Assembly: GCA_031409335.1 (NCBI GenBank)
Contig: JANNWY010000197.1
Span: 1-35,588 of the forward strand
Length of the DNA: 35,588 nt
Direction: 5' to 3'
Source: Chthoniobacteraceae bacterium
Lineage (GTDB): Bacteria; Verrucomicrobiota; Verrucomicrobiia; Chthoniobacterales; Chthoniobacteraceae
The notes beneath the pieces were generated by a model. It made no database searches. It was given only the letters and a program-made list of their open reading frames with translations, and was not told the origin of the DNA. This document shows, piece by piece, positions 30,493 through 35,588 of the stretch. Position 1 is the first letter of the stretch. Each line of letters begins with the position of its first letter. The position numbers and the translations under genes are program-made.

Positions 30493-31740
30493 GTGACCGG
30501 CTCAAACTTCTTCGTCCGTCGGAATCCACGCATGATCGCCGCGCTCGCGGCGTTCGGATTCTGTGTCCTGCAAAATCACCTCCACGCCGACTGGCTGCAC
30601 TATCGCGGCCCGTCGATGAATGGGCTTTCTCCCGAGAAAGGCTGGACCGCGCAGTTTCCCGCGGGCGGACCGAAGCAGCTCTGGAAGATCGAACTCGGCA
30701 CCGGCACCGCCTCCGTCACAGTGTCCGGCGATCGCGTGTATTCGATGGGAAATCAGGATCGCAAAGATGTCGTGGAGTGTCTCGATGTGAAGACCGGGCG
30801 CAGCATTTGGAAGCACGCCTACCCGCTGGAGCTCGATCCGAATATGTTCGAGGGAGGTCCGCGCTCGACTCCGACCATCGACGGCGGGCGGGTCTATACC
30901 GTCAGCCATCAGGGCGATATCTGGTGCCTCGATGCCGCGTCGGGAAAAAAGATTTGGTACAAACATTACCAAAAAGATTTTGGCGGACGCCGCCCGCAGT
31001 GGGGATACGCGGGCTCGCCCACGATCGACGGAAATGCCGTGCTCTTCGATGTCGGCGGGAAGGGGAGTTCCACCGTCGCGCTCGATAAAGCGACGGGAAA
31101 CCTCCTCTGGAAAAGTGGCGACGACGAAGCGGGCTATGGCTCGCCGGTGGTCGCGACGATTGGCGGAAAAAAGACCGTCGTGGTCTTCAAGGCATCGCAT
31201 CTCGTCGGGCTCGATGCCGGCGGCGGAAAGGAGCTTTGGCGCACGGAATGGAAGACCAGCTACAACGTGAATGCCGCGACGCCGCTCGTCAGCGGCGACC
31301 GCATTTTGATTTCGAGCGGCTACAATCACGGCGCGGCGCTCATCGCGATCAGCGGCGGAAAAGCCAGCGAGGTTTGGAAGACGAAAAAGCTGCGCGCGCA
31401 TTTCAATTCGCCCGTGATTTTGCAGGACTCGATTTACGGCATCGACGGCGACTCCGGCGGCGGCAATCTCGTGTGCCTCGACCTCGCGACTGGCGAGCAA
31501 AAGTGGATCGAGAAAACGGTGAAGGGTGGCTCGCTCATTTCCGCCGATGGAAAACTCATCGTGCTTACCGAGAAAGGCGAACTCGTCGTCGCCGAAGCCG
31601 CGTCCGCCGGCTTCAAAAGCCTCGCGCGCGCTGCGGTGATGAGCGGACGCTGCTGGGTCCAGCCCGTCCTCGCCAGCGGTCGCCTTTTCCTAAAGAACAA
31701 CGCAGGCACCCTGGTGTGTTTCGACCTCGGCGCGAAGTAA
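30493..31740 (+). CDS. PQQ-like beta-propeller repeat protein (BamB-like, PVC-expanded family)
   Basis: Signal peptide then ADWLHYRGP, GPRSTPTI, CLDAASGKKIW, ALDKATGNLLW, CLDLATGEQKW. Alternative ATG at 30532. Confidence 0.88.
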   Translation: MTGSNFFVRRNPRMIAALAAFGFCVLQNHLHADWLHYRGPSMNGLSPEKGWTAQFPAGGPKQLWKIELGTGTASVTVSGDRVYSMGNQDRKDVVECLDVKTGRSIWKHAYPLELDPNMFEGGPRSTPTIDGGRVYTVSHQGDIWCLDAASGKKIWYKHYQKDFGGRRPQWGYAGSPTIDGNAVLFDVGGKGSSTVALDKATGNLLWKSGDDEAGYGSPVVATIGGKKTVVVFKASHLVGLDAGGGKELWRTEWKTSYNVNAATPLVSGDRILISSGYNHGAALIAISGGKASEVWKTKKLRAHFNSPVILQDSIYGIDGDSGGGNLVCLDLATGEQKWIEKTVKGGSLISADGKLIVLTEKGELVVAEAASAGFKSLARAAVMSGRCWVQPVLASGRLFLKNNAGTLVCFDLGAK

Positions 31741-31797
31741 GGGCAGAGGTTGAAATAGTCGTTCCTCTTTCGTGTCGTTTGTGGCAGTTTCTTCATT

Positions 31798-32487
31798 ATG
31801 AAACTACCCACGTTCTCCTGCGCGACCGCACTTCTCGTGCTCGGCTCGATAGCTACCGCGGCGGAAGGTCCGCTCGCTCCACAACTCAAAAACGACCTTG
31901 TCTCCCTGCAAGGCAAGAAGGCTCGCCGCTTCGACGATGCTCCGCTCGCGAATGCCAAATACTTCGCGGTCTATTACTCCGCAAGCTGGTGCGGACCCTG
32001 CAAACAGTTCACGCCAAAGCTGGTCGAGTTCTACAACCGGATCAAACCGGCTCACGCGGACTTTGAACTCGTCTTTGTCAGCAGTGACAACTCCGAGGCC
32101 GACATGGAGGCTTACATGAAGACGGATGCCATGCCATGGCCGGCGCTCGACTTCCGAAAGACGGCCACACGCAAACATGTGCTCTCGAGCTACAGCGGCA
32201 AAGGCATCCCATGTCTCGTCTTCCTTGATGCCAATGGCAAAGTCCTCTCAAATTCGTACGAAGGTACCAACTACGTCGGTCCAAACAAAGTGATGGCTGA
32301 TATCGAGAAGACGCTGGGCAGCGGCACGGCTCCCGCCGCGACCTCCGCAATGCCAGCGGCCGGGACCACGGCGACAGGCGGTTTGGGTGGAACAACTTCA
32401 ATCGGTGCCGGCACTGGGAGCACCAATGGTGTCTCGTCGAAAGGCAGCAGCCTCGACGAATTCCTCAAAAAGAAACCAGGGAAGTAG
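31798..32487 (+). CDS. Exported thioredoxin-like protein (nucleoredoxin/tryparedoxin-like)
   Basis: Signal peptide; YYSASWCGPCKQFTPKL, FELVFVSSD, MPWPA, GIPCLV; G/T/A-rich tail. Confidence 0.88.
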   Translation: MKLPTFSCATALLVLGSIATAAEGPLAPQLKNDLVSLQGKKARRFDDAPLANAKYFAVYYSASWCGPCKQFTPKLVEFYNRIKPAHADFELVFVSSDNSEADMEAYMKTDAMPWPALDFRKTATRKHVLSSYSGKGIPCLVFLDANGKVLSNSYEGTNYVGPNKVMADIEKTLGSGTAPAATSAMPAAGTTATGGLGGTTSIGAGTGSTNGVSSKGSSLDEFLKKKPGK

Positions 32488-32525
32488 GTTCGTTCTTCCT
32501 TTCGCAAGGCCGCTCGGCCCTGCGC

Positions 32526-33278
32526 TCAGACTCGAACGACTTCGATCCCCTGCGGCCACATTTCCTGCGGCTCGTAGCCGAGCAGTTTCGCGGCGGACGA
32601 CATGTCGAATCGCGCCTGCGAAACAGGTCGGCTCGCCGCATACACGATCGCGTGGCGCACCTTCGCCGGAGCCTCGACCGCACAGGCGAAAAAGCGGCCG
32701 GCATCGCCGGGGCTGAAATACACATCCTTCGCCCAATCCGCCCTGCTGATTTCGTCAACTTGATCGAGCGTCCGCGGACACCAGCCCAGCCGCGCGACGA
32801 TGACGCTGATGTTTTCCGTTTCCGCAAATCCCCGTCCAATCGCTTCCATAAACATCTTCGTGGCGGCATACCACGAGCGCGGGCTGGTGGGATCTTCCGG
32901 GCGGATCGGCAGAGGTCCGTTAAACTGTTGCCACCAATTCACCTGACCGCTGCTCGGCAAAACGATGCGTCTTACTCCAGCCGCACGCGCGGATTCCATG
33001 ACGTGGTAAAGGCCGAGGAGGTTGTTCGGCAGCAGTTCGGTCAGAAAATCCGCGTCATCAGGAGTAGCGGCGAGATGCACAAGGCAATCGATGCCGCGCA
33101 TCGCAACGTCGAGGGCCGCCCGATCCGTCAGGTCGCCGATGATGCAGTCATCAAGGCCGAGAGTGGCATCGCGATCGAAGCCCCGCAGCGTGTGGCCACG
33201 CTGCTGCAACTCGGCGACAACTGCGCGACCGATGCGGCCAGAAGAGCCGGTGATGAGGACGGAAATGGGCTGGACCAT
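32526..33278 (-). CDS. NAD(P)-dependent oxidoreductase, extended SDR (uronate-dehydrogenase-like)
   Basis: VLITGSSGRIG, VHLAA, catalytic YAATK, ARLGW; start MVQPI at ATG 33278. Confidence 0.85.
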   Translation of the reverse strand: MVQPISVLITGSSGRIGRAVVAELQQRGHTLRGFDRDATLGLDDCIIGDLTDRAALDVAMRGIDCLVHLAATPDDADFLTELLPNNLLGLYHVMESARAAGVRRIVLPSSGQVNWWQQFNGPLPIRPEDPTSPRSWYAATKMFMEAIGRGFAETENISVIVARLGWCPRTLDQVDEISRADWAKDVYFSPGDAGRFFACAVEAPAKVRHAIVYAASRPVSQARFDMSSAAKLLGYEPQEMWPQGIEVVRV

Positions 33279-33341
33279 GCGGGAGTTGAATAGTCGGCGC
33301 ACGCGATGGCGGCGAATTCATTTCTGAACCTCCCGCCTTTC

Positions 33342-35588
33342 TCACAGCCCGCCGCTCTTCCTCTTCCTCCGAAAGCCCAGCAGCCCCAGCGCACCAAGAA
33401 CGAGCAGGCTCACGGAGCCCGGTTCCGGCACGGCTCCCACCGACGCTTCTGCGAAAGTGTGGGCTTCCCATCCGCCTGCATCTGCAAAAAACGCGCTCCC
33501 GTCGAACCCGTTCGCCGGGGCTGCGGGAAGGACCGCCGAAAGCGTCACCACTCCCGAATCGCCGATATTCAGCGCCGCCAGCGTCTGGCTCGTGGTGAGG
33601 GTCGTCCGCGCGTTCGCGTTGATCGTCGAGCTGCCGGTGCCGAGCGCCACCGTCAGATTGGTGATCCCGCCGCCGGTCGTGAGCGTCGCGTAGTTCTGCG
33701 GGCCGGTCAGCGTGAGCGTGCCGCTGCCGTCTCTCGTCAGCCCGCCCGCGCCGCCACTGATTGGGCTGCTGATCGTGAGCAGGCCGCTGCCGATGTGGTG
33801 GACGATGACTTCGGACCCGCTCGCGCCGAGGGCGCCGTTTTGGATGGTGTAATTTCCCGCGCCTTGCACGAGCACCGCGTTGTTCGCCAGCGCGAGCACC
33901 CCGGTCGCGCCGCCGAGATTCAGCGTGCCTCCGCCCGTGGTGTTGATCGAGAGCGTGCTCGCCGCGTGCGCCACGTTGGCCAGCGTCAGCGTGCCGCCGA
34001 TGCCCGAGTAGCCAGGGTCGGTTGAGATCGTCGTGAAGTCGGTCGCAGTGGTGCCCGCGACGGAGTTGCTCGTGGTCAGCACGGTGCCAGCGGTGGTGTT
34101 GCGGATAAAGTTGAAGCCACCATCCTGCTTCGCGAATCCAGTGCCGCCGCTGTCTTTGACCAGCGCATATCCGAAGATGCCATTCGCACCCGCGGCTCCG
34201 CTGCCCGTCACCACTGCGGGCGTGCGGACGAGCCGAGTGCCCGTGCTCGCGGAAGAGTAGTCGATCAGCAGCGTCGAGCCGGGATTGCGCGTCCAGGCGT
34301 TGCCGAGCGTCAGCGTCGTGCTGCCGGCGCCGCTGTTGTTCGGGTCCGGCGCGATCGTGCTGAAATTGCTCGCGCTCAGCGTCACCGCACCCAGCGTCTG
34401 CGCCGTCGCGATTCCCGCGCCCGTCTTCCCGAGCACGCTCAAGGTGCCGCCGCCGAGCGTCAGGGCCGAGGCGCTGTTGAGCAGATTCGTCGGCGCCGCG
34501 AGCCCGTTAAAATCAAGCCTCAGCGTACCGCCGCCGACCGTCGTCCGGCCCGTGTAAGTATTCGCGCGAGTCAGCGTCTGCGTGCCGAGCCCATTCTTCG
34601 TGATGCCGCCACTGCCGGAAATCACGCCGTCATAAACTGCCGGGCTCGCGTTGTTGCCGGCCAAAGTCAAAGTCGCCGCTCCGAGGAGCACGCTGCCGCC
34701 ACTCGCCCCGCCGCCGCTCAGCGAACCGATCTGCGTATTGAAACCCGTGATGTCGAGTATCGCGCTCGCGCTATTCGCCATCGCGACCGCCGAGTTCCTG
34801 CCAAACGCGCCGCTCGTCCCGGAGACCGAGGCCGCACCCGCCTTGAGAATGCCCGCCGTGACCGTCGTCGCACCCGTGTAAGTATTCGCCCCCGAGAGCG
34901 TCAGCGTCGCCGCCGCGTTGTTCATCGTCAGCGTCTTGCCCGCACCCGCGATGATCCCGCCAAACGTGCTGTTGGACGAGCCGAGGTAATTCACGCTGCC
35001 CGTGATCTTCGCCGTCGCATCGGCCGCCGCAATCGTCCCGACGCCCGTGACATTGAGCCCGCCATTGGCGCGCAAATTCGCCCCGCTCCCGATCGTGAAC
35101 GGGCCCACCCCGGCGGTGACGAGCCCAGTTACACTTCCCTGCCCAGTCCATGCGCCGCCCGTCGCGGCCAGCGTCCCGGTGATGGTCCCACCCGAATTCA
35201 AATTGATGATCCCCGTGCTCGTCACCGCTGCGTTGATCGTGCCCGTGCCTTCCAAGGTGCCCGCGACGATATTGATCGCCGGACTGTTAATCGTGCCGAC
35301 GTTCACCCGCGTGATTCCACCAGTTTGGCTATAGCCGTTCGGGATCGAAAGCGTGCTCCCGTTGATCGCCTCCACCACGCCCGCGGCCTGATTGGTAAAG
35401 GCGCTCGGGTTGATCGTGAGCGTCTGCCCCGCGAGGTCCGCGCGGAGCGTCCCCGCATTGAGCAGCGTGCTCGTCCCGCCCACAAACTGCGCCTGCCCCA
35501 CAGTGCCCCGCCCGCGCACCAGCGTCCCCGCGCCCAGCGTCACCGTGTTGGTGCCTTCGATGCCCAGCGCCGCACCACTCCCGGCGAG
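33342..35588 (-). CDS. PEP-CTERM surface protein with autotransporter-associated beta-strand (PATR) repeats, 5'-partial
   Basis: LTLSGANTYTGATTVTAGIL, ITKNGLGTQTLTRANTYTGRTTVGGGTL; C-terminal VPEPGSVSLLVLGALGLLGFRRKRK; frame open to the window end. Confidence 0.92.
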   Translation of the reverse strand, partial: LAGSGAALGIEGTNTVTLGAGTLVRGRGTVGQAQFVGGTSTLLNAGTLRADLAGQTLTINPSAFTNQAAGVVEAINGSTLSIPNGYSQTGGITRVNVGTINSPAINIVAGTLEGTGTINAAVTSTGIINLNSGGTITGTLAATGGAWTGQGSVTGLVTAGVGPFTIGSGANLRANGGLNVTGVGTIAAADATAKITGSVNYLGSSNSTFGGIIAGAGKTLTMNNAAATLTLSGANTYTGATTVTAGILKAGAASVSGTSGAFGRNSAVAMANSASAILDITGFNTQIGSLSGGGASGGSVLLGAATLTLAGNNASPAVYDGVISGSGGITKNGLGTQTLTRANTYTGRTTVGGGTLRLDFNGLAAPTNLLNSASALTLGGGTLSVLGKTGAGIATAQTLGAVTLSASNFSTIAPDPNNSGAGSTTLTLGNAWTRNPGSTLLIDYSSASTGTRLVRTPAVVTGSGAAGANGIFGYALVKDSGGTGFAKQDGGFNFIRNTTAGTVLTTSNSVAGTTATDFTTISTDPGYSGIGGTLTLANVAHAASTLSINTTGGGTLNLGGATGVLALANNAVLVQGAGNYTIQNGALGASGSEVIVHHIGSGLLTISSPISGGAGGLTRDGSGTLTLTGPQNYATLTTGGGITNLTVALGTGSSTINANARTTLTTSQTLAALNIGDSGVVTLSAVLPAAPANGFDGSAFFADAGGWEAHTFAEASVGAVPEPGSVSLLVLGALGLLGFRRKRKSGGL

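Overview
This is a GC-rich bacterial chromosomal segment, most consistent with Verrucomicrobiota (Spartobacteria/Chthoniobacter-like). That assignment is inferred from a PEP-CTERM/PATR protein, a PVC-type MoxR-DUF58-BatA operon and a BamB-like PQQ propeller. Left part: sua5, a putative nucleotidyltransferase toxin-antitoxin-like pair with an apparent frameshift, murJ, argD, an orphan gspG, infC and a HAD hydrolase. Centre (7571-24897, minus strand): an 8-gene operon encoding a secreted 985-aa protein, a MoxR AAA+ ATPase, DUF58, a BatA/vWA protein, a vWA+GATase-like protein, a DUF4175-like coiled-coil protein, a DUF4159 protein with a CCCC motif, and a 1400-aa HEAT-repeat/CxxC-thioredoxin/DsbD-CcdA-type membrane fusion. 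Right part: NYN protein, YkgJ-like Cys-cluster protein, two HDOD proteins with sigma54-like promoters, Uma2, DUF2238, DUF4870, PQQ propeller, thioredoxin-like protein, SDR and a partial PEP-CTERM adhesin. Main signals: (1) the MoxR/vWA operon carries its own candidate trans-membrane thiol-redox relay; (2) palindromic REP-like and heptamer repeats sit at four operon junctions, with reading frames staying open across them as in-frame N-terminal inserts or as doubly coupled 'bridge' mini-ORFs; (3) several genes appear to be transcribed as leaderless mRNAs. No rRNA, tRNA, CRISPR array or transposase was seen. Family assignments come from motif recognition only; no searches were run.
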